DNA from: Pseudomonadota bacterium
GTDB lineage: Bacteria > Pseudomonadota > Alphaproteobacteria > Caulobacterales > Caulobacteraceae
DNA length: 64,000 bases
Direction of reading: 5' to 3'
Assembly (NCBI GenBank): GCA_040757715.1
Contig: JBFLWS010000004.1
Coordinates: 62,959 to 126,958, forward strand
Shown here: in pieces, positions 1 to 10,842 of the stretch
Position numbering within the stretch: the first letter of the stretch is position 1
Layout of the letters: each line of letters starts with the position of its first letter
Position numbers and translations under genes: made by a program
The notes under the pieces: generated by a model
Told to the model about the DNA's origin: nothing
Database searches by the model: none
What the model saw: only the letters and a program-made list of their open reading frames with translations

Positions 1-1
1 C

Positions 2-187
2 TATCGTGCGCCGGGTCATTCCGCTTCTCGGGATGAACTCCTGGCCGAAGTGTGGGGTTACAATGCTGGGGTCACCACTCATACGCTGGAGACCCACATC
101 TACCGCCTGCGACAAAAAATCGAGCTGGAGCCGAATTCAGCACGGTTGTTGCTCACTGAATCTGGTGGCTATCGCCTGGCGGTGTAA
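2..187 (+). CDS. 3' fragment of an OmpR/PhoB-type response regulator (winged-helix output domain); 5' end lies outside the window
   Basis: The frame is open from the window edge to TAA at 185-187. The translation ...RDELLAEVWGYNAGVTTHTLETHIYRLRQKIE...GGYRLAV is a typical C-terminal trans_reg_C wing. Confidence 0.75.
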   Translation, partial: YRAPGHSASRDELLAEVWGYNAGVTTHTLETHIYRLRQKIELEPNSARLLLTESGGYRLAV

Positions 188-273
188 GGCGGGCTGTTTA
201 TCAGCTGCAAAAAAGTTCTTGTTTTGTTCTGCGTTTGGCGTAGGTTTCCTGGGTCAGCGCGGAGCACGACACC

Positions 274-672
274 ATGATCAGCTATGCAACCTTCGGCGTA
301 CACGACAAGGCCGCGTCCCTAGCCTTCTTCGAGCCGGTACTGGCGGCCCTGGGCTACCAGAAGTTCTATGATGAGGGGACCCACGCGGGCTTTGCGCCTG
401 GCGGCGATCCGGGACAGCCGGGGACAGTCTGGCTCGGTCCGCCCTATGATGGCCAGACGGCGGTCCCCTCCAACGGCAGCATGATCGGCTTTCATGCGCC
501 CACCCGTGCGGCGGTGCGGGCGTTCCACGCCGCGGCGCTCGCCCATGGCGGAAGCTGCGAAGGCCCGCCCGGACTGCGCGAAGCCTACGGCCCCAATTTT
601 TACATGGCCTATGTGCGCGACCCGGTGGGCAACAAGTTCTCCGCCATGTGCCTGGCCGAGGGCGAGGATTAG
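274..672 (+). CDS. VOC (glyoxalase/bleomycin-resistance/dioxygenase fold) family protein
   Basis: 132-aa ORF. The segment ...GFHAPTRAAVRAFHAAALAHGG...GPNFYMAYVRDPVGNKF resembles small VOC-fold proteins. Confidence 0.7.
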   Translation: MISYATFGVHDKAASLAFFEPVLAALGYQKFYDEGTHAGFAPGGDPGQPGTVWLGPPYDGQTAVPSNGSMIGFHAPTRAAVRAFHAAALAHGGSCEGPPGLREAYGPNFYMAYVRDPVGNKFSAMCLAEGED

Positions 673-1427
673 GGCGCGATCTCGCCCTCAAAGCTTCGAA
701 GATCGGCGACGAGGGCCTGGACAGCCAGACGGACGATCTTTTCGCCCTTCTCCGGGCTCGCCTGGCCAGGGTCCGAGCCCATGCGGCCGTCAGCGTAGCG
801 GGCGCGGAAGTCTGCGGCTTCGCGGATCGGTCCGGTGGGTGCGATGCGCGGAGCGTAGTTGGCGGTCTTGATGGCGTCGGGATAGGCGTACTGGGTGACG
901 GCGATCTCCGAGGGGGTGGCGTGGCTGCCATGTCCCTCGGGGAACAGGTGGTCGCACAGCTTGGCGACGCCCGGCAGATCCCACCAGTTGCGCAGCTTCA
1001 GGGCGAAGCCGCGTCCCTGGCGGCGATAGCTCGCCTCGGAATAGATCTCCGAAAAGGCCGCCTCGATGGTGGGCACATTGCCGCCGTGCCCGTTGAGGAA
1101 ATAGATGCGGGTGAAGCCGTGCCCGGCCAGGGAAATGGTCCAGTCGCGCAAGGCCGCGATCATGGTGGAGGGGCGAAGGCTGATGGAGCCGGGAAAGCCC
1201 AGGTGGTGCTGGGCCATGCCCACATTGAAGGTCGGCCCCACCAAGAGATCTCCCTCGGCGTGGGCGGCGTGGGCGGCGTGGGCGATGATCTCCGGACACA
1301 GCCAGTCCGTACCCAAAAGTCCCGTCGGCCCATGCTGCTCGTTGGAGCCGATGGGAATGATCACCGCCTGGGAGCGGGCCAGCCGCGCCTCAAGCTCCGG
1401 CCAGGTGGAAAGGGCGAGCAGCATCAA
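669..1427 (-). CDS. creatininase (creatinine amidohydrolase) family protein
   Basis: 252-aa ORF with IIPIGSNEQHGP and FLNGHGGN motifs typical of the creatininase family. Last gene of the long minus-strand operon. Confidence 0.8.
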   Translation of the reverse strand: MMLLALSTWPELEARLARSQAVIIPIGSNEQHGPTGLLGTDWLCPEIIAHAAHAAHAEGDLLVGPTFNVGMAQHHLGFPGSISLRPSTMIAALRDWTISLAGHGFTRIYFLNGHGGNVPTIEAAFSEIYSEASYRRQGRGFALKLRNWWDLPGVAKLCDHLFPEGHGSHATPSEIAVTQYAYPDAIKTANYAPRIAPTGPIREAADFRARYADGRMGSDPGQASPEKGEKIVRLAVQALVADLRSFEGEIAP

Positions 1428-1433
1428 GAATCC

Positions 1434-1652
1434 TCAGAAATCGACGGCGATGCCCTTGCGCTCCCAGTCGCCGAAGCGCGTGGGCTCAGGACCTGCCGGA
1501 CCGCCGTCCTCATTCGGCCGCGCCCCCGCCTCCGCCTGGGCGCGACGTTCGGCGGCCTCGACGAGCGCGCGCTTGGCCGCTTCGCTCAGCGGCTTCGCCG
1601 GCGCAGCCTCGTCCAGCGGCGGAAGGTTAGGGCTTTCAGTCATGGCCCACAC
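1434..1652 (-). CDS. DUF1674 (SDHAF4-like) small protein
   Basis: The C-terminal GPEPTRFGDWERKGIAVDF is the DUF1674 signature. The start could instead be the internal Met at 1641. Confidence 0.7.
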   Translation of the reverse strand: MWAMTESPNLPPLDEAAPAKPLSEAAKRALVEAAERRAQAEAGARPNEDGGPAGPEPTRFGDWERKGIAVDF

Positions 1653-1684
1653 TTAAGTCGCGTCGCGCTCACCGCCAAGAGCGC

Positions 1685-2338
1685 CTAGACGGGACCCCTT
1701 GTCGCGGAAAGGGCCCGTCCCGCCAAGCCGCCGGCGAACCGGGTCACGCTTTTGGTCACCTTCAGGGCCAGAAAAATAAACAGCCAGGTCCCCACCGCCA
1801 GGACCAGCCCCGAAATCGCCGCCGCCAGCGGCGCCCAGAGCACCAGACCGGAGAAGATCACCGCCCATACATTCTCCGCAGCACTGATGAAGGGATGGGC
1901 CGCGCCCGCCGTGGTCATGCTGGCCGTGGTGCGCACCTTGGCCCGCATGCCATGGATAACGAAGGCGGCGATAGCGCCAAAGCCCCCAAGCCCATAGGCG
2001 AAGCTGTGCGGCGCGCCCGATTCCCCCTCTAGGCCCCGCGCGACGTAGAAGGCGGCCAGCCCGCCGATCACCGGCTTGGCCACCACGCCCAGGGCGTCGA
2101 ACAGATGCGCCACGGGCGGAATCTTGTCCGCCGCCACATGCAGCAGATAGACCCCGCCGAGGATCATGATCACGTCCCAACGCTGCAGGAGATCGAACGG
2201 CGGTTGAGCCAGCAAGGGGTCGTTCAGCCAACCCAACTTAAGGGCTAGGCCGGCCGTAAAAGGTAAGGCGAAAGGGTCGAGCGCAAGGGCGGCGGGGATA
2301 GCCAGCACCCGCGCATAGGCGGCGATCGGATCGTCCAT
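1685..2338 (-). CDS. DUF4126-like integral membrane protein
   Basis: Hydrophobic ORF containing ...AADKIPPVAHLFDALG.... Start re-called at MDDPIA (ATG 2336-2338), preceded by a GGGGGGAAG Shine-Dalgarno-like run. Confidence 0.6.
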   Translation of the reverse strand: MDDPIAAYARVLAIPAALALDPFALPFTAGLALKLGWLNDPLLAQPPFDLLQRWDVIMILGGVYLLHVAADKIPPVAHLFDALGVVAKPVIGGLAAFYVARGLEGESGAPHSFAYGLGGFGAIAAFVIHGMRAKVRTTASMTTAGAAHPFISAAENVWAVIFSGLVLWAPLAAAISGLVLAVGTWLFIFLALKVTKSVTRFAGGLAGRALSATRGPV

Positions 2339-2364
2339 GCTTCCCCCCGTGATCGCCGCGAGTG

Positions 2365-3381
2365 TCACACTCCTCCCGACGGCAGGCAACCGAGCAGCAG
2401 AGCGTGGGCGGCGGTTTCGTCCTCAAATCGCGCCCGCACGGGCCAAGCCGTTACACGCCTGCGCCATTCAGCGGGCAGCCTTGCCCAGTCTTTCTCCGTG
2501 GTGACGAGACCCGCGCCGAACACGGCCGCTCGCTCGGCCAAGGCTTTTAGCGCCGCCTCCGTATAGGGGGCGTGGTCAGGAAAGCCGGCGAAGTCCTTCA
2601 GCTCGCACCCCGCCGCCGCCAATGAGCGCTCGACCTTCCAAGGCTTGGCCACCCCGGCGAACCCCACCTGCGGCCCGGGCGGCGGGGGCGCGGCGGGCTC
2701 GAGCCGCGCGATCAGAACAGCCTTGTCGCGAAACAGAGCGAGGAGTTCCGGGTCAGGATCCGACAGGCCCGGCGGCATGAGGATCACCACGGCGTCAGCA
2801 CGGGACAGGCCCGTCTTGAACGGCTCGCGCAGCGGCCCGGCGGGAAAGACGCCCCCGTCGCCGAAGGGCCATTCGCCATCGCGAGTCTCGCCGTCCACCA
2901 CCACCAGGGAAAGGGACTTCTTCAGCGACGGGTTCTGGTGGCCGTCGTCCAGCACCACAGCCTCGGCTCCCGCCTGCACCGCAGCAAGCGCGCCAGCCGC
3001 ACGGTCGCGGGCGATCCACATGGGCCCGTCGCGAGCCAGGAGCAGCGGCTCGTCCCCCACCTCGGCGGCCGTGTGATGGACAGGGTCCACCCGGATCGGG
3101 CCTTCGAGACTGCCGCCATAGCCGCGAGAGAGCCCGTGCGCCGCAAAACCTGCCTCGCGCAACAGGCGCAGCACCTCCCGCGCGATGGGAGTCTTGCCCG
3201 CCCCGCCCACGGTGAGGTTGCCGATGCAGATCACAGGCGCGCCTGGATCGACCGGCATCGCGCGGGCCATGCGACGGGTGGTGGCGGTGGCCCAAATCCA
3301 GGAAACGGGCGTAAGGGCCGCCTTCAACAGGCGTGGGCCGCCGCGGCGGCGATACCACCAGATGGGTGTGGTGAGCTTCAT
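2365..3381 (-). CDS. lpxK: tetraacyldisaccharide 4'-kinase
   Basis: P-loop GNLTVGGAGKTP, length 338 aa. 4-nt overlap with the upstream waaA. Confidence 0.9.
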   Translation of the reverse strand: MKLTTPIWWYRRRGGPRLLKAALTPVSWIWATATTRRMARAMPVDPGAPVICIGNLTVGGAGKTPIAREVLRLLREAGFAAHGLSRGYGGSLEGPIRVDPVHHTAAEVGDEPLLLARDGPMWIARDRAAGALAAVQAGAEAVVLDDGHQNPSLKKSLSLVVVDGETRDGEWPFGDGGVFPAGPLREPFKTGLSRADAVVILMPPGLSDPDPELLALFRDKAVLIARLEPAAPPPPGPQVGFAGVAKPWKVERSLAAAGCELKDFAGFPDHAPYTEAALKALAERAAVFGAGLVTTEKDWARLPAEWRRRVTAWPVRARFEDETAAHALLLGCLPSGGV

Positions 3382-4652
3382 GCGGGGAGGAGCTCCAACA
3401 GCCGCGCCACCGCCGTATCCGCCGCCGCCGCCCCTCGCCCCGCGAGAACCTTGGCCCGATCGGCCATGGCGCGCAGCTCAGCCGGCGCATCCAGAGCTTC
3501 GGCAAACGCTGCACTCAACTCGCGGGCGTCGCCGACGCAGCGCACGGCCTCAGCGGCGGCGAAGTCGTCATAGACGCCAATCCAGTTCTCCACATGGGGA
3601 CCGCTGAGGGCCGGACACCCCAGAGCCGCCGGCTCCAAGGGATTATGGCCCCCAATGCCGACCCTAAGGCTGCCAGCCACCAGGGCGACCCGCGCAAGAC
3701 TGAACCAGAGGCCAAGCTCACCCAAGGTGTCAGCCACATAGACCTGCACGCCCTTCGTCAAAGCATCGCCAGTGCTGCGGCGCGCGACCTTGAATCCCCG
3801 AGCGGCCGCGAGGCGCGCCACCTCTTCCCCCCGCACGGGATGGCGAGGCGCAATCACCAGCAGCGGACCATCAGGACGCGACGCCAGGGGCGCGAAAGCC
3901 TCGAGCACCAGCTCGTCCTCGCCGGGGTGGGTGGAAGCGGCCAGCAGCAGAGGCCGACCCTCTATGGCCGCGCGTTCTCGCTCCAGCAAATCCACGTCCA
4001 CCGGCAAGGGCGCCGCGGCGAGCTTCAGATTGAGCCGGCCATCGTCCCGGGCGCCCAGTCGGACGAGACCCTGCGCGGTGGCGTCGTCTTGGGACATGAC
4101 CAGATCAAACGCGCCGGCCACCTGGCGCGCCGCGGTCGGCAGTCTGGCCCAGCCGCTCAGGCTCCTGGGCGACAGGCGGGCGGACAGGAGGGCGAGCTTC
4201 ACCCCCCGCTCATGGGCGAGGGCGATGAGGTTCGGCCACAGCTCGCTCTCCACCAGAACGCCGAGGTCTGGACGCCAGTGCTCCAGGAACCGTTCCACCG
4301 CCCCCGCCGTATCCACCGGAATGAATTGGTGCGTCACGGCCGGAGGCAAGCGCCTCGCCAATAGCTCCGCCGAAGCGACAGTGCCGGAAGTGACCAACAC
4401 CTGCAGGCCGGGCCGGGCCTCTTGAAGACGGTTGATCAATGGGATCAACGAAAGAGATTCGCCGACGCTAGCGCCATGCAGCCAGACCAGGCCGCCTTGA
4501 GGCCTAAGCTGTCCTGCATGGCCGAGTCGCTCGCCGAGGCGCACCGGGTCTTCCTTGCCGCGGCGCGCACGCTTGCGCAGGGCTTGGACCGCCAACGGCT
4601 CCAGTACACGGGTAGCGAGGCGGTAGGCGGCGAGGCTGAAGGGCGTCTTCAT
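3378..4652 (-). CDS. waaA: 3-deoxy-D-manno-octulosonic acid (Kdo) transferase
   Basis: WLHGASVGESLS motif and glycosyltransferase-30 architecture. Start re-called at MKTPF (4650-4652), which forms an ATGA-type overlap with the DUF374 stop. Confidence 0.9.
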   Translation of the reverse strand: MKTPFSLAAYRLATRVLEPLAVQALRKRARRGKEDPVRLGERLGHAGQLRPQGGLVWLHGASVGESLSLIPLINRLQEARPGLQVLVTSGTVASAELLARRLPPAVTHQFIPVDTAGAVERFLEHWRPDLGVLVESELWPNLIALAHERGVKLALLSARLSPRSLSGWARLPTAARQVAGAFDLVMSQDDATAQGLVRLGARDDGRLNLKLAAAPLPVDVDLLERERAAIEGRPLLLAASTHPGEDELVLEAFAPLASRPDGPLLVIAPRHPVRGEEVARLAAARGFKVARRSTGDALTKGVQVYVADTLGELGLWFSLARVALVAGSLRVGIGGHNPLEPAALGCPALSGPHVENWIGVYDDFAAAEAVRCVGDARELSAAFAEALDAPAELRAMADRAKVLAGRGAAAADTAVARLLELLPA

Positions 4653-5341
4653 GACAGGAGCGCATCCGCGCGCGCCGTGGCGGCGTTGAGCCGCTCGCCC
4701 CACTGGTCACGGAGCGCGAGCAATGCTTCACCTTCTGCTTCCCGCGGGGCCTCGAACGGACCGTCCCAGACGATCACGCCGCGCCCAAATGGCAAGGGCA
4801 GCATGGCCTGATCCCAACTTTTCAACCGTATGGAGGGCCGTGCCGACAACCCCACCAGCAGCACCGGCGCGCCGGATACGCGGGCCAAGGTCGGCACCCC
4901 ATCGGTCATGACCTCGGCCGGCCCGCGCGGCCCGTCCGGCGTGATGGCGATCCCGCCGCCGCCCTTCACCCACTTCAGAACATCGCGGAAGGCGGCCGCG
5001 CCACCCTTGGCTTTGGCGGCGCCCGGCTTCTTCGCCGCAGACCCGCGAATGGCGGGGAAGCCCAGCTTCTCCATGGTGGAGGCGATGAACTGGCCATCGG
5101 CGGAGAGCGAGATCAGGGCCCGCGGCTCCTGCGCCCGGTCGAGCGGCCAGCAGGCGGGGGACAGCCCGATGCGGCCATGCCAGAAACAGACGATGACCCC
5201 CTCCCCGCTGGTCCAGACGGCTTCCGCCCGCTCCAGGCCTTCCTGGCGCCAGCGAATGGTGGCGAGGACGAGCTTCAAATAGCTCGAGAAGACGAGCGCC
5301 AGGGCGCCTTGCACCAGCGGATGGCGGAAGAGCTGTTTCAC
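4649..5341 (-). CDS. DUF374 domain protein (lysophospholipid-acyltransferase-like)
   Basis: The sequence VKQLFRHPLVQGALALVFSSYLKLVLATIRW...CFWHGR... resembles DUF374 proteins found in Kdo/lipid A operons. GTG start at 5339-5341 chosen (7 nt after the msbA-like stop). The ORF extends to 5413 if an earlier start is used. Confidence 0.65.
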   Translation of the reverse strand: MKQLFRHPLVQGALALVFSSYLKLVLATIRWRQEGLERAEAVWTSGEGVIVCFWHGRIGLSPACWPLDRAQEPRALISLSADGQFIASTMEKLGFPAIRGSAAKKPGAAKAKGGAAAFRDVLKWVKGGGGIAITPDGPRGPAEVMTDGVPTLARVSGAPVLLVGLSARPSIRLKSWDQAMLPLPFGRGVIVWDGPFEAPREAEGEALLALRDQWGERLNAATARADALLS

Positions 5342-5348
5342 CGCGCCC

Positions 5349-7142
<1,794 letters not shown>

Positions 7143-7289
7143 GGCCTCATGGGGTCCGACGATTGCCGGGACGTGTCAAGCGAGGGGCGAACTTAGATAG
7201 GCGCCCGCTTTGAAATCCAGAACTTCTACCTTACCTAGGCGGACTTGCGGCGCTGATAAAGCCGCGACTGTCGAACGCAAGGAACCATC

Positions 7290-7967
7290 GTGGCCCGCCT
7301 GCCGAGTTTCAATCTCACCACCCCGCTCGGCCGGCTGCACGCCTATCTCAACTACATGTGGAGCGATCACGCCTATCTGCGGCTCGGCTTCGAGAACGCG
7401 CACTGGGTGGGCGAGGACCTGATCCGCACCAACCAGCCCTGGCCGTTTCAGTTCGCCTGGTGGAAGAAGCGCGGGGTCAAGACGGTGATCAACCTGCGCG
7501 GCGGCGGTTATGAGACCGCCTTCTACGTGCTGGAGCGCGACGCCTGTCAGCGGCTTGGCCTGAAATTGGTGAACTTCGCCGTGTCCTCGCGCGAGGCGCC
7601 CACCGCCGCCCAGGTGATCGGGGCCAAGGAGCTGTTCGAGACCATCAAATATCCGGCCCTCATGCACTGCAAGTCCGGGGCGGATCGCGCTGGACTGATG
7701 AGCGTGCTCTACGCCCATTTCCACCTCGGCCAGCCGCTGCGCGAAGCCATGAAGGAGCTGTCGTTCCGCACCCTGCACGTGAAGCATGGCAAGGTCGGGG
7801 TGCTCGACTACACCTTCGAGCGCTATTTCCAGGACGGGGAGCCCAAGGGGCTCAGCTTCCTCGAGTGGGTGCAGACCCCCGAATACGACCCGGTGAAGCT
7901 GAAGGCCGAGTTCCACACCAGCTGGTGGGGCACGCTGCTCACCGAGCGTATCTTGCGCCGAGAATAG
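7290..7967 (+). CDS. protein tyrosine/dual-specificity phosphatase family protein
   Basis: Contains the CX5R active-site loop HCKSGADRAG. GTG start at 7290 with AAGGAA upstream. Confidence 0.7.
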   Translation: MARLPSFNLTTPLGRLHAYLNYMWSDHAYLRLGFENAHWVGEDLIRTNQPWPFQFAWWKKRGVKTVINLRGGGYETAFYVLERDACQRLGLKLVNFAVSSREAPTAAQVIGAKELFETIKYPALMHCKSGADRAGLMSVLYAHFHLGQPLREAMKELSFRTLHVKHGKVGVLDYTFERYFQDGEPKGLSFLEWVQTPEYDPVKLKAEFHTSWWGTLLTERILRRE

Positions 7968-7976
7968 CAGAGGTTA

Positions 7977-8012
7977 GAGCAAAATCCGATCAAATAGCAC
8001 CGGATTTTGCTC
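7977..8012 (+). terminator. 12-bp-stem hairpin in the AT-rich convergent intergenic region (putative terminator of the phosphatase gene)
   Basis: GAGCAAAATCCG (7977-7988) pairs perfectly with CGGATTTTGCTC (8001-8012) around a 12-nt loop. There is no clean U-tract. Confidence 0.45.
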
Positions 8013-8042
8013 ATAATCTATTGAATTTAGAGTATTTTTCGC

Positions 8043-8067
8043 CCGAAAACCGGTTCCTGCTTTTCGG
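8043..8067 (-). terminator. 7-bp-stem hairpin just downstream of acs (putative terminator)
   Basis: CCGAAAA (8043-8049) pairs with TTTTCGG (8061-8067), 9 nt beyond the acs stop codon on the minus strand. Confidence 0.35.
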
Positions 8068-8075
8068 AAAATGCT

Positions 8076-10016
8076 CTACGCTCCCGCCCGGTTCTTCACG
8101 AGGTCATCCACCACCGAGGGATCGGCCAGGGTGGAGGTGTCGCCGAGCGACCCGATCTCGTTCTCGGCGATCTTGCGCAGGATACGCCGCATGATCTTGC
8201 CCGAGCGGGTCTTGGGCAGGCCCGGCGCCCACTGGATCACGTCCGGGGCGGCGAAGGGGCCGATCTCGTGGCGCACCCACTGCACCAGTTCCTTCTTCAG
8301 CTCGTCAGTAGGCTCCACGCCCTCATTGAGCGTGACGTAGCAATAGATGCCCTGGCCCTTGATGTCGTGCGGATAGCCCACCACCGCAGCTTCGGCCACG
8401 TGCGGGTGAGCGACGAGGGCGCTTTCGATCTCAGCGGTGCCCATGCGGTGACCGGAGACGTTGATCACGTCGTCGACGCGGCCGGTGATCCAGTAGTAGC
8501 CGTCATGGTCACGGCGGCAGCCGTCGCCGGTGAAATACATGCCGGGATAGGTCTTGAAGTAGGTGTCGATGAAGCGCTTGTGGTCGCCATAGACCGTGCG
8601 CATCATGCCCGGCCAGCTGGTGGTGATGCAGAGATTGCCCTCCGTGGGCCCCTCCAGCGTCTTGCCTTCGGCGTCGACGATGACCGTCTGCACGCCCGGC
8701 AGCGGAAGCGTCGCTGAGCCCGGCTTCAGCGGCACCGCGCCCGGCACCGGCGAAATGAGCGCGCCGCCGGTCTCCGTCTGCCACCAAGTGTCGACGATGG
8801 GGCAACGGTTCTCGCCCACCACCCGGTGATACCAGAGCCAGGCTTCCGGATTGATCGGCTCGCCCACCGAGCCCAGCAGCCGCAGCGACTTGCGCGAGGT
8901 GCGCCGCACCGGGCCTTCGCCTTCGCGCATGAGCGCGCGGAGCGCCGTGGGCGCGGTGTAGAAGATCTCCACCTTGTGCTTGTCGATCACCTGCCAGAAG
9001 CGGCTGGACGAGGGATAGTTCGGCACGCCTTCAAAGATCAGCGTCGTGCCGCCGTTGGCCAGAGGGCCGTAGACGATATAGCTGTGGCCGGTGACCCAAC
9101 CCACGTCAGCAGTGCACCAGTAGATCTCGCCCGGGCGATAATCGAACACCAGCTCGTGGGTGAAGGCGGCCCAGAACAGATATCCGGCCGTGGTGTGCAG
9201 CACGCCCTTGGGCTTGCCGGTGGAGCCGGAGGTGTAGAGGATGAACAACGGGTCTTCCGCGTTCATCGGCTCAGGCCAGCACACAGTGGAAGCCTTGGCG
9301 GCCTCGGCCTCGTAGGAGAAGTCGCGACCCTCGACCATCGGCACTTCGACGCCGGTCCGGGCCACCACCAGCACGGTCTTCACCGTGCCGCAGACCTCCA
9401 GGGCCAGGTCGACATTGGCCTTCAACGGCACCTTGCGTCCGCCGCGCACGCCCTCGTCCGCAGTGATGACGAAGGTGGAGTCGCAGTCCTGAATCCGGCC
9501 GGCGAGGCTGTCCGGCGAGAAGCCGCCGAACACCACCGAGTGGATCGCGCCGATGCGGGCGCAGGCCAGCATGGCGTAGGCCGCCTCAGGGATCATGGGC
9601 AGGTAGATGGTGACGCGGTCGCCCTTCTGGACCCCGTGCGCCTTCATGACATTGGCCATGCGGCAGACTTCGTCATGCAGCTCGCGATAGGTGATCTTCT
9701 TGGCCGCCGCCGGGTCGTCGCCTTCCCAGATGATGGCCACCTCGTTGGCGCGGGCCGGCAGGTGGCGATCGATGCAATTGGCGCTGACGTTGAGAATTCC
9801 GTCCTCGAACCAGCGAACGTGGAAGTCTTCGTCGTGGAAGGAGACGTCGCTCACCTTGGTGAAGGGCTTGATCCAGGTGAGACGCTTGGCGGCCTCGCCA
9901 AAGAAGCCATCAGGGTCGCGGGCCGCGCGCTCGCGCATGGCGGCGTAGGCCTCGGTGGACACCAAGGTCCGCCCAGCCCAGGCGGCCGGCACCGGAAACA
10001 CGTCCGAATAGCTCAC
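8076..10016 (-). CDS. acs: acetyl-CoA synthetase
   Basis: 646 aa with the AMP-binding motif [12 protein letters not shown]- and C-terminal blocks are typical of Acs (...[13 protein letters not shown]). Confidence 0.95.
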   Translation of the reverse strand: MSYSDVFPVPAAWAGRTLVSTEAYAAMRERAARDPDGFFGEAAKRLTWIKPFTKVSDVSFHDEDFHVRWFEDGILNVSANCIDRHLPARANEVAIIWEGDDPAAAKKITYRELHDEVCRMANVMKAHGVQKGDRVTIYLPMIPEAAYAMLACARIGAIHSVVFGGFSPDSLAGRIQDCDSTFVITADEGVRGGRKVPLKANVDLALEVCGTVKTVLVVARTGVEVPMVEGRDFSYEAEAAKASTVCWPEPMNAEDPLFILYTSGSTGKPKGVLHTTAGYLFWAAFTHELVFDYRPGEIYWCTADVGWVTGHSYIVYGPLANGGTTLIFEGVPNYPSSSRFWQVIDKHKVEIFYTAPTALRALMREGEGPVRRTSRKSLRLLGSVGEPINPEAWLWYHRVVGENRCPIVDTWWQTETGGALISPVPGAVPLKPGSATLPLPGVQTVIVDAEGKTLEGPTEGNLCITTSWPGMMRTVYGDHKRFIDTYFKTYPGMYFTGDGCRRDHDGYYWITGRVDDVINVSGHRMGTAEIESALVAHPHVAEAAVVGYPHDIKGQGIYCYVTLNEGVEPTDELKKELVQWVRHEIGPFAAPDVIQWAPGLPKTRSGKIMRRILRKIAENEIGSLGDTSTLADPSVVDDLVKNRAGA

Positions 10017-10187
10017 GTCTCACTCCCAGTATTATGGTTCTGACTCATTATGCGGAGCCGGCCCCCTGCTCGGCAAGGGTTTGGCGCCTCGACTTTGGTC
10101 GGGGGAATTCTACGGCGCGAGAATTGAAACGGAGGCTCCCAACGGCCGCTCCGAGCGGTTTGCTTGTTTCATTTTGGGAGCGCGGCG

Positions 10188-10838
10188 ATGAAATCGCAAT
10201 TCCTGGTTGGCTTGGCGGCTCTGATCCTGTCCCTTTTCGCGACCGAGGCCTTGGCCGACTGCGCGACGTCGGTTCAGTGCGGCGGCCAGTGGGTTCCGGC
10301 CTCGCCGCAAGTGGCCTACGCCCCGCCCGCCCCGGCCTATGGCTATGGACAGGTGGTCTATGTGGTTTGCGGAACCTGCGGCTACGCCCCGCAGGCCTAT
10401 GCGCAGCCTGGGTATCCGCAAATGGGCTACGGCCAGCCGGTCTTTCCTCAAGCCGCCTACGCCCCGCCCTGTCTCCCCTGCCAGGGTCCGGTCTATGCGC
10501 CGCCGCAGGAAGTGCAGTTCACCGGCGAATATGAGGGCGGCGTGGGCGGCTACACCTCCGGCGGCTATGGCGGCTTTGGCGGCGGCGGTCCCGAGATCGC
10601 CCAGGTCACCGGCTATGGGAATATATCCGGCTTTGTCGGCTCGCATATGAACGGGAGCGCGGGCGCCGGGGCGACCACTTCCACCACAACCAATGTCAAT
10701 GTCTCGGCCAGCGCCTACGCCAATGCGAGCGCGTCGGCTCACGCCTCCGGCGGCGGCCACAACGGCCATCCCGGCGGCTGCGGCTGTCATCGCCCGCCCC
10801 CGCCGCCCAGACCCTGCGGCTGCGGCCACCATCACTAA
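10188..10838 (+). CDS. secreted low-complexity protein: Pro/Tyr/Ala repeats, Gly-rich block, Ser/Ala/Asn block, Cys/His/Pro tail
   Basis: GGGAG lies 7 nt before ATG 10188. The signal-peptide-like N-terminus is MKSQFLVGLAALILSLFATEALA. The repeated element is YAPP. The tail is GGCGCHRPPPPPRPCGCGHHH. Confidence 0.6.
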   Translation: MKSQFLVGLAALILSLFATEALADCATSVQCGGQWVPASPQVAYAPPAPAYGYGQVVYVVCGTCGYAPQAYAQPGYPQMGYGQPVFPQAAYAPPCLPCQGPVYAPPQEVQFTGEYEGGVGGYTSGGYGGFGGGGPEIAQVTGYGNISGFVGSHMNGSAGAGATTSTTTNVNVSASAYANASASAHASGGGHNGHPGGCGCHRPPPPPRPCGCGHHH

Positions 10839-10842
10839 GGCG

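Noticed and set aside
7176-7916. 246-codon minus-strand ORF overlapping the phosphatase gene.
   Set aside because: The plus-strand frame carries the CX5R phosphatase loop and a Shine-Dalgarno. The minus-strand translation is Leu/Gly/His/Glu-rich with no motif.
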